Below the pieces are notes generated by a model, which saw only the letters and a program-made list of their open reading frames with translations, did not search any database and was not told the DNA's origin. A stretch of 64,000 nt of DNA from Myxococcota bacterium (lineage in GTDB: Bacteria > Myxococcota_A > UBA9160 > UBA4427). Below are positions 9,500-22,046 of this stretch, one piece after another; the first letter of the stretch is position 1, and each line of letters opens with the position of its first letter. The DNA lies in NCBI GenBank assembly GCA_965250285.1, contig OZ252299.1, positions 160,001-224,000 of the forward strand. Direction: 5' to 3'. Both the position numbers and the translations under genes were made by a program.

Positions 9500-10453
9500 T
9501 CAGCAGACGTGGCTCTGTTCTTCGAAGCCCTCGGGCTCGATCTGGATCGTCGTGTGATGAATGTCGAAGCCTCGGGCGAGCGTCTCCTGCAGCGCGTGGA
9601 GCAGTGACGTGTGCTCGACGTCGTTCGTCGACTGGACATGGCACGACATCGAGACGAGGCCGCTGGTGATCGTCCAGACGTGCAGGTCGTGGATGGCCGC
9701 CACGCCCGGCACGGCCAGCAGGGCCGCCCGCACCTCGCCGACGCGGATATGGCGTGGAGCACCCTCGAGGAGCACCTGCACCGTGTCGCGCAGCAGGTGC
9801 CAGGCCGAGGCGGTGATCAGAACGGCGATCACCAGCGAAGCCACCGGGTCGGCCCACTCCCAACCGAACGCCCAGATCGCCGCGCCGGCGCCGATCGCGC
9901 CGACGCTGCCGAGCGCGTCGGAGAGCACGTGCAGCCAGGCGCCCCGCATGTTGAGGCTGTGGTCTCGGGCGCGCTGCAGCACCGCGAGGCTGGCGAGATT
10001 CACGAGCAGGCCGCCTGTGGCGATCAGCATCATCAGCCCGCCCTCGACGTCGCGGGGGGCTCCGAGCCGTTCGATCGCCTCGATGACGATGACGAGCGCG
10101 ATCGCGACGAGCGCGACGCCATTGGCCAGGGCCGCGAGAATCTCGACCCGCTGCCAGCCGAAGGTGCGTTCTTCGCTCGCCGGTCGCTGCGACAGCCAGA
10201 GTGCGAAGAAGCTGAGGCCCAGGCCGGCGACGTCGGAGAGCATGTGACCGGCGTCGGCGAGGAGCGCCAATGAGCCGGTGATCAACCCCCCGACGATCTC
10301 GGCGACCATGTACGAGGCGGCCAGCCAAAGCGCGATCGCCAGCCGCCGGCGCTGGTCGCGGCGCAGCGCGGACAGATCGGGGGGCATGTGAGCGTGCCCG
10401 GCCCGACCGGAGCCACCCGCGTGGGCATGCGCATGAGACGGATCGAGCGCCAT
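9500..10453 (-). CDS. Cation diffusion facilitator (CzcD/ZitB-like)
   Basis: His-rich N-terminus, SLALLADAGHMLSD, HVLSD, HDLHVW and HTTIQIE. Confidence 0.93.
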   Translation of the reverse strand: MALDPSHAHAHAGGSGRAGHAHMPPDLSALRRDQRRRLAIALWLAASYMVAEIVGGLITGSLALLADAGHMLSDVAGLGLSFFALWLSQRPASEERTFGWQRVEILAALANGVALVAIALVIVIEAIERLGAPRDVEGGLMMLIATGGLLVNLASLAVLQRARDHSLNMRGAWLHVLSDALGSVGAIGAGAAIWAFGWEWADPVASLVIAVLITASAWHLLRDTVQVLLEGAPRHIRVGEVRAALLAVPGVAAIHDLHVWTITSGLVSMSCHVQSTNDVEHTSLLHALQETLARGFDIHHTTIQIEPEGFEEQSHVC

Positions 10454-10674
10454 CGCGCGAGCGTAGCTGGCCCGCGCCCCCCGTCGCTGCAGCCCCTTCA
10501 CCGCTCAGGCGGCTCTGGTGGCGTCTCGCCGCCTTCTCGATGGGTCGGGCTGGACCCGTGGAGTCAATCGGCTCCGACGGTCCGCGTCTTGTCGCAGATG
10601 CTTCACTCGATTCGAAGCCGGCCCGGCGCGTATGATGGTCGCACGCATCCTGATGGAAGAAGGAGGGCCTGGCC

Positions 10675-11760
10675 ATGGCTGGACGTCTCGCAACGGTTTT
10701 CGCGCTCGCTTGTCTCGCGGCGTGTCTCGCCGGCCCCGCGTCGGCCTATCGGCTCTGGATGACGACCGACTATGACGGGAGCGTGCTCGAGGCCGGTGAG
10801 CTCGTGACCGTCGACGTCCATCTCGATACCGAGGGCGACACCGGTCTCACGTACTTCTCGGTCGCGGTCGTGTATCCACCCGACGTGCTCGACTACGCAC
10901 CCGAGTCGTCTTCGCTGCCGAGCTATGTGCTCTACGCCGGCGGGTCGAAGGGGCAACCCCCGACCTACCTCCTGCCGACCGGCCCGACCGCGCCTGACGC
11001 CCCGCCGCACTGGCCTCTCGCGGTCGATCAGGTGAACGTCGACTTTCTCGCGTCTTCGCTGACGCCATCGCAGAACGCGACTGCGAGCGACGTCGTCGTG
11101 GCCACCGTGGCGTTTCGGCCGGTTGGCTTCGGCGCGGGCGAGGTCGAGCTGACGTTCGACCGTGACGGCAACATCTTCGGCGTCGCCTTCACCGACGTCG
11201 CGCCGACGATCGACACCGGCGTGCCCATCGTCGTCAGCACCGCAGCCGTACCGATGCTCGCGCCGCTCGCGTTGGCCGCGCTCGCTCTGACGATCGCACT
11301 CTTCGGGCACCGCTTCGTGCCCTCGACCGCGGCGAGGATGGCCGTCGTCGCGCTCGCACTCTTCGGGGCAGCCGTCTTTGCGGCGACCCTGTCGGTGCCG
11401 ACGGCCGCCTCGACGCCGGGGGACGTCGACGGCGACGGGGTGCCGAACGCGATCGACAACTGCCAGACGACCGGCAACGGGCCCCTCGCCGGCAACTGCA
11501 GCGCGCAGCAGGATGCGGACGCCGACGGGTACGGCAACGCCTGCGACCGCGACTTCGACAACGACGGCGTGGTCAGCCTCGTCGATCAGCACCTCATCTA
11601 TCTCGAGCTCGGCTCGACCGACGCGGTCTTCGACACGAACTGCGACGGAGCCGTGGGCTTCGACGACCATTCGGGGGCGGTTGCGGGCGCCGACCAGTAC
11701 GAACGCCCCGGCCCTTCGGGGCTCGATTGCGCGGGCACCCCGCCCTGTCCGGCGCCCTAG
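10675..11760 (+). CDS. Secreted protein: cohesin-like domain + internal sorting signal/TM pair + TSP3 and dockerin-like repeats
   Basis: Signal peptide ending ASA. Beta-sandwich pattern GELVTVDVHLD/VVYPPDVLDY/VATVAF. VPML-TM-HR motif, DVDGDGVPNAIDNC, DFDNDGVVSLVD and DTNCDGAVGFDD. Confidence 0.75.
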   Translation: MAGRLATVFALACLAACLAGPASAYRLWMTTDYDGSVLEAGELVTVDVHLDTEGDTGLTYFSVAVVYPPDVLDYAPESSSLPSYVLYAGGSKGQPPTYLLPTGPTAPDAPPHWPLAVDQVNVDFLASSLTPSQNATASDVVVATVAFRPVGFGAGEVELTFDRDGNIFGVAFTDVAPTIDTGVPIVVSTAAVPMLAPLALAALALTIALFGHRFVPSTAARMAVVALALFGAAVFAATLSVPTAASTPGDVDGDGVPNAIDNCQTTGNGPLAGNCSAQQDADADGYGNACDRDFDNDGVVSLVDQHLIYLELGSTDAVFDTNCDGAVGFDDHSGAVAGADQYERPGPSGLDCAGTPPCPAP

Positions 11761-11782
11761 CGTCGCGCCGTCGTCCCGAACC

Positions 11783-11816
11783 AGAAAGCCCCCGCCGCAT
11801 CGCTGCGACGGGGGCT
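11783..11816 (-). terminator. Intrinsic terminator downstream of groEL
   Basis: Minus strand reads AGCCCCCGTCGCA-GCGA-TGCGGCGGGGGC-TTTCT. Confidence 0.75.
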
Positions 11817-11857
11817 CGGTAGCTCGCGCTGGCCTGGGGCCGATGGAGGACCGGGTC

Positions 11858-13811
<1,954 letters not shown>

Positions 13812-13946
13812 GGATCCAATCCTTTTCCTGGGTTGCGCAGCCATTGCGGGGGCTGGCGATCTGCAGATGGGCGACCAGCGACGTGGGCCCGCGCCGCTGC
13901 ACGGTGCAGGGGCAGGACGAGCCGCTGAGCGCATTCCGGATGATGA

Positions 13947-13973
13947 TTGGCAGTCCCGCGGAGGGAGTGCCAA
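13947..13973 (-). promoter_or_regulatory. CIRCE element (HrcA operator)
   Basis: Minus strand TTGGCACTC-N9-GACTGCCAA versus consensus TTAGCACTC-N9-GAGTGCTAA, upstream of groES. Confidence 0.88.
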
Positions 13974-13982
13974 TGCGGCGGC

Positions 13983-14010
13983 AATCTAGGGCGGAGACCC
14001 CCTCGGTCAA
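13983..14010 (-). promoter_or_regulatory. Sigma70-type promoter of groESL
   Basis: TTGACC-N16-TAGATT immediately upstream of CIRCE. Confidence 0.65.
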
Positions 14011-14229
14011 GCGACGCGGGTTCATTTTTGAGATTTTTTCGCAGCACCCGGTGGCCGACGCTGCCCAGCGACGACCGCACTCGGCCCGGGGCGTTGACTT
14101 TCGCTTCGATTTCGCGAAGATCCGGGGCGAAATTGCGACGAAAGCGGCGACGGTGTCCCTTCAGGCCCGCGCCGCCCATCGGGTCTTCGGGCGCGTGCCG
14201 TGCCGGAGACCGGGGAGACGGCCACCGAG

Positions 14230-14844
14230 ATGGCACTCACGCGGCGCCAGCGCGAGATCTACGACTTCATCTGTCAGTTCGTCGACCAGCACGGCTACTC
14301 GCCGAGCCTCGAGGAGATCGGGGCCCACTTCGGTCTCGCCTCGGTGGCGACGGTGCACAAGCACGTCCACCACCTCGTCGAGAAGGGGTTCCTGCGCAAG
14401 TCGTGGAACCGCTCTCGCTCGGTCGAGCCGGTGCCCGAGAGTGAGCAGGCAGGCGGCGACGTGCGCTCGGCCCCGCTGCTCGGCACGGTCGCGGCTGGGT
14501 CGCCCATCGAGGTGATGTCCGACGCCCACGAGCGGGTGGGCGTGCCCGAGGAGATGGCGGGGGGCCAGGGCGACACCTTCGTCCTGCGCGTGCGCGGCAA
14601 CTCGATGATCGAGGATCAGATCTGTGACGGTGACCTCGTCGTCGTCGAGAGTCGAAACGAGGCGCGCAACGGCGAGACGGTCGTGGCGCTCGTCGCCGGC
14701 AACGAGGCGACCCTCAAGCGCTACTACCGCGAGGGGCCGCGCGTACGCCTCGTCCCGGCCAACAGCACGATGGACCCGATCGAGGTGCCGGCGAGCGACG
14801 TCATGATTCAGGGCGTCGTCCGCGGCCTCATGCGCACGTTCTAG
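14230..14844 (+). CDS. lexA: SOS repressor LexA
   Basis: LTRRQREI..PSLEEI HTH, VAAG cleavage site, and GNSM / TLKR Ser-Lys dyad. Confidence 0.96.
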   Translation: MALTRRQREIYDFICQFVDQHGYSPSLEEIGAHFGLASVATVHKHVHHLVEKGFLRKSWNRSRSVEPVPESEQAGGDVRSAPLLGTVAAGSPIEVMSDAHERVGVPEEMAGGQGDTFVLRVRGNSMIEDQICDGDLVVVESRNEARNGETVVALVAGNEATLKRYYREGPRVRLVPANSTMDPIEVPASDVMIQGVVRGLMRTF

Positions 14845-15050
14845 GGGCGACTTCCTCGGGGCCGACGAGCTCAGGGCCAGACGAGCCGAGGATCAGACGT
14901 CGGCGTCTACGGCACCGCTCCCGCGACCGGTCCTCGGACCCGTTTCGTTGCAGGCCGCTCCGATCGGCGGGGGTGCTAGCCTCCGGAGCTTCCCGGTGCC
15001 TCACTCGCATCGGTTGAGCCGCGCCCCGGACATCCCAGGATTGGAGCGAG

Positions 15051-15632
15051 ATGAGTGAACCCAGCGATCCGATCGAGCCGCTCGTCGAGTCGATGCTCAA
15101 AGAGCTCGGCGAGGCGCCCTCGCGCGACGGGTTGAAGGATACGCCGCGGCGAGTCGCCAAGGCGATGCGATTCTTCACGAGCGGGTACCAGCAGGACCCG
15201 CGCGAGCTGCTGAACGACGCGCTCTTCGACGTCGAGTACGACGAGATGGTGCTCGTACGTGACATCGACTTCTACAGCCTCTGCGAGCACCACATGGTGC
15301 CGTTCTACGGCAAGGCGCACGTCGGCTACATCCCGCGCGGCAAGGTGGTGGGGCTCTCGAAGATCGCGCGCATCGTCGAGATGTTCGCGCGACGGCTTCA
15401 GGTGCAGGAGCGACTCAGCATGCAGGTCGCAGAGGTGCTCGAAGACGTGCTGCACCCCCGCGGCGTCGGGGTGGTCGTCGAGGCGAAGCACCTGTGCATG
15501 ATGATGCGCGGTGTTCAGCAGCAGAACAGTTTCGCCGTGACCAGCTCGCTGCGCGGTGAGTTCGAGAGCGACTCGAAGACCCGATCCGAGTTCCTCGAGC
15601 TGATCCGCGAGAAAGCGTCGCCTTTCAGCTGA
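15051..15632 (+). CDS. folE: GTP cyclohydrolase I
   Basis: [28 protein letters not shown] and HLCMMMRG. Confidence 0.98.
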   Translation: MSEPSDPIEPLVESMLKELGEAPSRDGLKDTPRRVAKAMRFFTSGYQQDPRELLNDALFDVEYDEMVLVRDIDFYSLCEHHMVPFYGKAHVGYIPRGKVVGLSKIARIVEMFARRLQVQERLSMQVAEVLEDVLHPRGVGVVVEAKHLCMMMRGVQQQNSFAVTSSLRGEFESDSKTRSEFLELIREKASPFS

Positions 15633-15638
15633 GCGTCG

Positions 15639-16529
15639 ATGGATGAGCGTCCGGCGCCGCCGGGGCCCGACGCTCGAACGAGCGACCCTGGATCGAAAGG
15701 CGCACGGGTGCAGGTCGACATCGGCGGCTGCAGACTCCACGTCGTCGAAGCGGCGCCGCGCCGCGAAGGCGCGCCGGTGCTGCTCATGCTGCACGGTGGG
15801 CCAGGCTTCGATCACACCGGCTTCCGACCCGAGTTCGATCGCTACGCCGATCGCTTGAACGTCATCTACGTCGACCAGCGCGGCCAGGGCCAGAGCGACC
15901 GGTCGACGCCTGATCACTGGTGTCTAGACGTCTGGGCCGATGACGTCGTGCGATTGTGCGCGGCGCTCGACGTCGAGCGGCCGATCGTTTTCGGTCAGTC
16001 GTTTGGCGGGATGGTCGCGATGCACTACGCCGCGCGACATCCGTCGCACGCGCGCGCGCTCGTCTTCTCGAGCACGAGCGCGCACATGCATCTGCACGAG
16101 CGCGTGCTGCCGGCGTTCGAGGCGGCGGGCGGAGCGCGCGCGCTGCGGGCGGCGACCGCGTTCTTCGAAGCCCCCGATCCCGATCGATGGCCGGCCTATG
16201 CACGGCACTGCCTGCCGCTCTACAACGTGACGCCGCAATCCGGACCGCCGACGCCGCCGCGCTTCGACGTGCTCTGTCACTTCTTTGCGGGCGAGGCGTT
16301 CACGATGGATCTGCGCCCCGGGCTCGCTGACGTCGTTGCGCCCGTACTCGTCACCGTGGGTGAAGAAGACCCGATCACGCCCCAGGCCGATGCGCACGAC
16401 ATCGTCGATGCGCTGCACGCGGCCCCGGTCCGCGAGGCCGTCTTTCGCGGCGCCGGTCACGGCGTCTGGCGCGACCGGGCCGCCGACTTCTTCGCAGTAT
16501 TCGAGAATTTCCTGGAAGAAGTGGCGTAG
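15639..16529 (+). CDS. Alpha/beta hydrolase (proline iminopeptidase-like)
   Basis: HGGPG, DQRGQG, GQSFGG nucleophile elbow, EEDP and AGH. Confidence 0.9.
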   Translation: MDERPAPPGPDARTSDPGSKGARVQVDIGGCRLHVVEAAPRREGAPVLLMLHGGPGFDHTGFRPEFDRYADRLNVIYVDQRGQGQSDRSTPDHWCLDVWADDVVRLCAALDVERPIVFGQSFGGMVAMHYAARHPSHARALVFSSTSAHMHLHERVLPAFEAAGGARALRAATAFFEAPDPDRWPAYARHCLPLYNVTPQSGPPTPPRFDVLCHFFAGEAFTMDLRPGLADVVAPVLVTVGEEDPITPQADAHDIVDALHAAPVREAVFRGAGHGVWRDRAADFFAVFENFLEEVA

Positions 16530-16786
16530 ATCGAACGCAGGCCGCGCCCACTCTGATCTAGACGCGAACCGATAATCTGGACAAAATTTCTAGACGCAAG
16601 ATCGGCGTCAGTTCCAGGCGCCTTCGAGCGTTTTCACGTTCTGTTGAAAAATTTGCATCCAAAAACTGCTTTTCATGCGAAGAGCACGGTGGATCCAGCC
16701 GATGAGGCTGGAAGTTGTGTACAGGAAATATCTGTACGAAATAGGGCGCGTCCTTGTCGGACCGACCCCACCGAGGAAGCTCATTC

Positions 16787-18973
16787 ATGAAATCCGCTCT
16801 GCGAATCGCATTGCTCCTGCTGCTGGCGACCGGTCTCGTCGCTTGCGGCGAAGACGACGATCCCCAGGATCAGACGATGCCGGCGACCGTGGCCGAAGCC
16901 GCCGCGAACGACGGCCGCTTCACCACCCTGGTCGATGCGCTCGAGGCCACCGGTCTCGACGCGGCCCTCGCCGGCGCCGGGCCGTTCACGGTCTTCGCCC
17001 CCACCGATGATGCGTTCGCGCTGCTGCCGGCGGGCCTCGTCGACCTGGGTGCTTCGCCCGCCACGGCGGGCGGCGCGGGCACGCCGCGGGCGGCGCTCAG
17101 CACCAACGAGCTGGCCGACTTGCTCAGCTACCACGTTCTCAACGAAGAGCTCGACGCCGAAGGCGTCATCGCATCGGATGTGCTCGAGACGCTGACGGGC
17201 GGCACGATCGACGTACAGGTCATCGACGGCACGGTGGTGCTCGACGGTCGGGTCCAGATCACGTCGACCGACATGCGAGCCGGCAATGGCATCATCCACG
17301 TGATCGACGCCGTGCTGATCGACGGGGCGTTCCCGGGCACGCTGGTCGACGCCGTCGTTGCGTCGCCCCGCTTCTCGACCCTCAAGGATGCGGTCGTGGC
17401 CGAGAGCCTCGACTCGGTGCTCGCAGGCACGAACGGCGGCGACGGATACACGGTGCTCGCGCCGACGAACGCGGCCTTCGCGGCGCTGCCGGAGGGCACG
17501 GTCGACGATCTCGTGGCCGGGGGGCTCCTCGACGACGTCCTGCTCTACCACGTCATTCCGCTGACGGCGCCCGAAGCGACGGTCGTGACCCTCGACTCGG
17601 CGCCGACTGCGCAGGGCAACGACGTGGCGATCCAGGTCTCGAACGGCACCGTCGTGCTCGACGGTCGCGTGCAGGTGGTATCGACCGACATCGAGGCCGA
17701 GAACGGCGTGATTCACGTGATCGACTCAGTGCTCGTGCCGATCGAGTACCCCGGCACCGTCGTCGACGCGCTGGCCGCTTCGCCGCGCTTCTCGACGCTG
17801 GTCGGTGCGCTCGGTACGGCCGATCTCGCCGCGACCCTGGACGGGCTCACCGACGTCACGGTGCTCGCGCCGACGAACGATGCGTTCGATCTGCTCCCCG
17901 ACGGGCTCGTGGCTTCGCTGAGCGGCGAGGCCCTCGCGCCGATCCTGCTCTACCACGTGCTGAACGTCGAGGCGCCCGAGTCGCTGGTCGTCACGCTCGA
18001 GACGGCCGAGACGGCCGAAGGTGGCTTCATCGACATCGCCATCGACGACGCCACGGTCGTCATCGATGGCCGAGTGCAGGTGACGTTCACCGACATCGAG
18101 ACCGCGAGCGGCGTGATTCACGTGCTCGACGCGGTGCTCGTGCCCGGGGCGTTCCCGGGCACGGTGGTCGACGCCCTCGTCGCATCGCCCCGCTTCTCGA
18201 CGCTGGTCGGTGCCGTGGTGGCCGAAGACCTCGCCGGTACGCTGGCGGGTGACAACAGCGGCAACGGCTTCACCGTGTTCGCGCCGACCAACGGCGGCTT
18301 TGCTCGCCTGCCCGAGGGCCTGGTGGCCGAGGTCGCCGGCGATGACGCCCTCGACGACGTGCTGCTCTACCACGTGCTCGGCGCCGAGGTCGACTCGACC
18401 GGTGCAGTGGCTGCAGCCGGCACCGCCGTCCCGACGCTGGCGCCCTCGAGCGGCGGCACCTTCGCAGTGTCGGTCGACGTCGATGGCGACGGCGATCTCT
18501 TCCTCGATGCCCGCACGCAGGTGACGTTCACCGACATCGAAGCGAGCAACGGCGTGATCCACGTGCTCGACTCGGTGTTGGTGCCCGGGGTCGACTTCCC
18601 CGGCAGCCTCGTCGAGGCGCTCGCGGCCTATCCGCGCTTCGACAGCCTGGTCGGTGCGGTCGTGCTCGAGGATCTCGTCGGTGCGGTCACCGACGTGACC
18701 GTCTTCGCTCCCACGAACGATGCGTTCGCGGCGGTGAGCGGCCTGAACGGCAACACGCTCGCCGACGTGCTCGCGTATCACCTGCTCGCCGACATCGAGT
18801 TCTCGGGCGATCTCGGCGTGACCGAGACGACGCTGCAAGGCGACACGATCGCGATCGACGTGTCGAGTGGCGTCGTGATCAACGGCACCTCGAACGTGAT
18901 CTTCACCGACATCGGTGCCGACGACGGCGTGATCCACGTCATCGACGAGGTGCTCATTCCGCCGGCGCCCTGA
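16787..18973 (+). CDS. Lipoprotein with five fasciclin (FAS1) domains
   Basis: Lipobox LVAC, followed by five repeats of RF[ST]TL...TV[FL]APT[DN]...YH...G[IV]IHV[IL]D. Confidence 0.93.
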   Translation: MKSALRIALLLLLATGLVACGEDDDPQDQTMPATVAEAAANDGRFTTLVDALEATGLDAALAGAGPFTVFAPTDDAFALLPAGLVDLGASPATAGGAGTPRAALSTNELADLLSYHVLNEELDAEGVIASDVLETLTGGTIDVQVIDGTVVLDGRVQITSTDMRAGNGIIHVIDAVLIDGAFPGTLVDAVVASPRFSTLKDAVVAESLDSVLAGTNGGDGYTVLAPTNAAFAALPEGTVDDLVAGGLLDDVLLYHVIPLTAPEATVVTLDSAPTAQGNDVAIQVSNGTVVLDGRVQVVSTDIEAENGVIHVIDSVLVPIEYPGTVVDALAASPRFSTLVGALGTADLAATLDGLTDVTVLAPTNDAFDLLPDGLVASLSGEALAPILLYHVLNVEAPESLVVTLETAETAEGGFIDIAIDDATVVIDGRVQVTFTDIETASGVIHVLDAVLVPGAFPGTVVDALVASPRFSTLVGAVVAEDLAGTLAGDNSGNGFTVFAPTNGGFARLPEGLVAEVAGDDALDDVLLYHVLGAEVDSTGAVAAAGTAVPTLAPSSGGTFAVSVDVDGDGDLFLDARTQVTFTDIEASNGVIHVLDSVLVPGVDFPGSLVEALAAYPRFDSLVGAVVLEDLVGAVTDVTVFAPTNDAFAAVSGLNGNTLADVLAYHLLADIEFSGDLGVTETTLQGDTIAIDVSSGVVINGTSNVIFTDIGADDGVIHVIDEVLIPPAP

Positions 18974-19014
18974 TCCACGTCATCGACGAGGTGCTCGTCC
19001 CGCCGGCGCCCTGA
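18930..19014. repeat. 41-bp tandem duplication of the fasciclin gene 3' end
   Basis: 18930-18970 versus 18971-19011 differ at 2 positions (ATT vs GTC). Each copy is followed by TGA. Confidence 0.95.
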
Positions 19015-19040
19015 CCGAGGCGCAGGTTGGCAACACCCCG

Positions 19041-19080
19041 GAGCCGGGGAGGGGCAACCCTCCTCGGCTTCGTTCGTTTT
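19041..19080 (+). terminator. Intrinsic terminator after the fasciclin gene
   Basis: AGCCGGGGAGGG-GCAA-CCCTCCTCGGCT stem followed by TCGTTCGTTTT. Confidence 0.75.
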
Positions 19081-19108
19081 GGGGCGCAGCGCAGAGGGCG
19101 CGCTGCGA

Positions 19109-20635
19109 TCAGGAGTTCTCGACCACCAGATCGGCGTTGACGAGGAGGCGCCCGTTCGCCTTCAGCTGCTCGCGTCGCGTGTCGACCCAATCCTGGATCA
19201 GCTGCCCGCGCTTCTGCTCGATCAGCTGCGTTTCGAGCGCGAGGATCGCGTCTTCGAGGGCCGCGGCGTCGGGCTCGGGTCGCTCGATCAGCTCGATCAG
19301 GACCAGATTGTTGCCGACGGGGAAGATCCGGGGTGAGCTCGGCGCCTCCTCGCTGAGCGAGAACGCCGCCGAAAGCAGCTCGGGGGCTGCGCCGAGACCG
19401 GGGACGAAGCCGTCTGCGCGGCGCCGGATCAGGCTCGTGCGCTCGAGGGTCAGCAAGCGGGCCCGTGCCGCATCCTCGAGCGACTCGCCGGCGCGCACCT
19501 TCTCGGCCAGCGCGTTCGCGGTCTCCTGGGCGCGCTCCTCGGCGAGCCCAAGCGTCGCGAGCTCGCGCGCGAGCTCGAGCTGGACCTCTTCGAGCGGCGT
19601 CGTCCCGGCCTCGCGCTTCTCCTCGACGAGGATCAGGTGGAAGCCGCGATTCGTCTGGATCGGCTCGGACAGATCGCCGGGCTGCAGAGCGAAGGCTGCG
19701 TCGTCGAAGGCCGCGAGATTGCGGCCGCGCGGGAAGAACCCGAGATCTCCGCCCGACTCTTTCGTGCCTGCGTCGTCGCTCTCGGCTGCTGCGACGTCGG
19801 CGAAGGCCTCGCCTTCGATCAGTCGGGCGCGCAGGGCGAGCGCTTCGGCGCGAGCCGCCTCGACGGCGGCCTCGTCGTCGGCGTTCTCGACGGCCACCAG
19901 AATGTGGCGCGCGTGCACCTCTTCGGGGCGGGTGTAGAGCGCGGCGCGCTCCTCCCACACGCTGCGCACGGCGTCGGGGTTCTCGTCGAGATAGGCCTGC
20001 GCTGCTGCGTCGTCGAGCGACTCGCCCGGGAGCGTCGTGGTGTCGAGGGCGACGTACGCGAGCCGCGCCTCTTCGAGCCCGTACAGCGCGGCCATGCGAA
20101 CCTCGGCCGGGCTCACCGACGCCTGGCCATACAGCAGATTCAGCATCTTCTGTCGCAGCAGGTCCTGCCGCATGACGTTGAGGAACTGGCGCTGGCTGCC
20201 GTACCGGCTGATCGCGAAGTTCTCGAACGCTTCGGGGACGAACCGACCCCCCTCGTCGCGGAAGGCCGCGGCGTTTCGAACGATCGACTTGATCTCCTCG
20301 TTGCTCACGTCGAGGCCGAGCTGCATGGCTCCATCGGCCAGGATCGCGCCATCTTCGAGGTTGCGAAGGGTCTGGGCGTCGAGAAAGGCCGCGGCCGCGC
20401 GCTCGTCGTACTGGTCGCCGGCGCGGTCGCGGAGATCCTGCTCGTTCTGATCGCGCAGCCGGTAGAAATCCGAGAGCCCGAGGCGGATGTCGCCCAACTC
20501 GAGCACGAGATTTCCCGTGGGGCCGGACGGGCGCAGCCCGTCGCCGACGCCCATGAAGAGCACGAAGACGAAGCCGACGAGGGCGATGATGATGGCGGTC
20601 AGCCAGCGCTGTCCCTTACGGAACGAATCGAGCAT
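19109..20635 (-). CDS. ppiD: PpiD-like peptidyl-prolyl isomerase (SurA N-domain + parvulin)
   Basis: N-terminal TM anchor, ARHILV, SGGDLGFF and GFHLI. Confidence 0.88.
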   Translation of the reverse strand: MLDSFRKGQRWLTAIIIALVGFVFVLFMGVGDGLRPSGPTGNLVLELGDIRLGLSDFYRLRDQNEQDLRDRAGDQYDERAAAAFLDAQTLRNLEDGAILADGAMQLGLDVSNEEIKSIVRNAAAFRDEGGRFVPEAFENFAISRYGSQRQFLNVMRQDLLRQKMLNLLYGQASVSPAEVRMAALYGLEEARLAYVALDTTTLPGESLDDAAAQAYLDENPDAVRSVWEERAALYTRPEEVHARHILVAVENADDEAAVEAARAEALALRARLIEGEAFADVAAAESDDAGTKESGGDLGFFPRGRNLAAFDDAAFALQPGDLSEPIQTNRGFHLILVEEKREAGTTPLEEVQLELARELATLGLAEERAQETANALAEKVRAGESLEDAARARLLTLERTSLIRRRADGFVPGLGAAPELLSAAFSLSEEAPSSPRIFPVGNNLVLIELIERPEPDAAALEDAILALETQLIEQKRGQLIQDWVDTRREQLKANGRLLVNADLVVENS

Positions 20636-20804
20636 GGGGCGCATCCTTCGAGGGTGGGGCCGTCGCGGTGGGTGCGGCGGCGGCCGCCGAGAGTAGGAAT
20701 GGACCCCCCGCGGAGCAAGCGAACGCTTGCTCGTTCCCCGGTGGGCTGATACGTTCCACCGCGATCGGGGGGGCGCGCAAACCACTTTCAAACCGGACAT
20801 TTAG

Positions 20805-22046
<1,242 letters not shown>

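Noticed and set aside
15630..15651. TGAGCGTC repeated at the folE stop (and GAGGCG at the ECF stop, 52470-52490)
   Set aside because: 6-8 bp matches are too short to distinguish from chance at this GC content, so they were not counted among the stop-spanning duplications.
18930..19014. DGR template/variable repeat pair
   Set aside because: It is too short, one of the two differences is not at an adenine, and there is no reverse transcriptase in the window.
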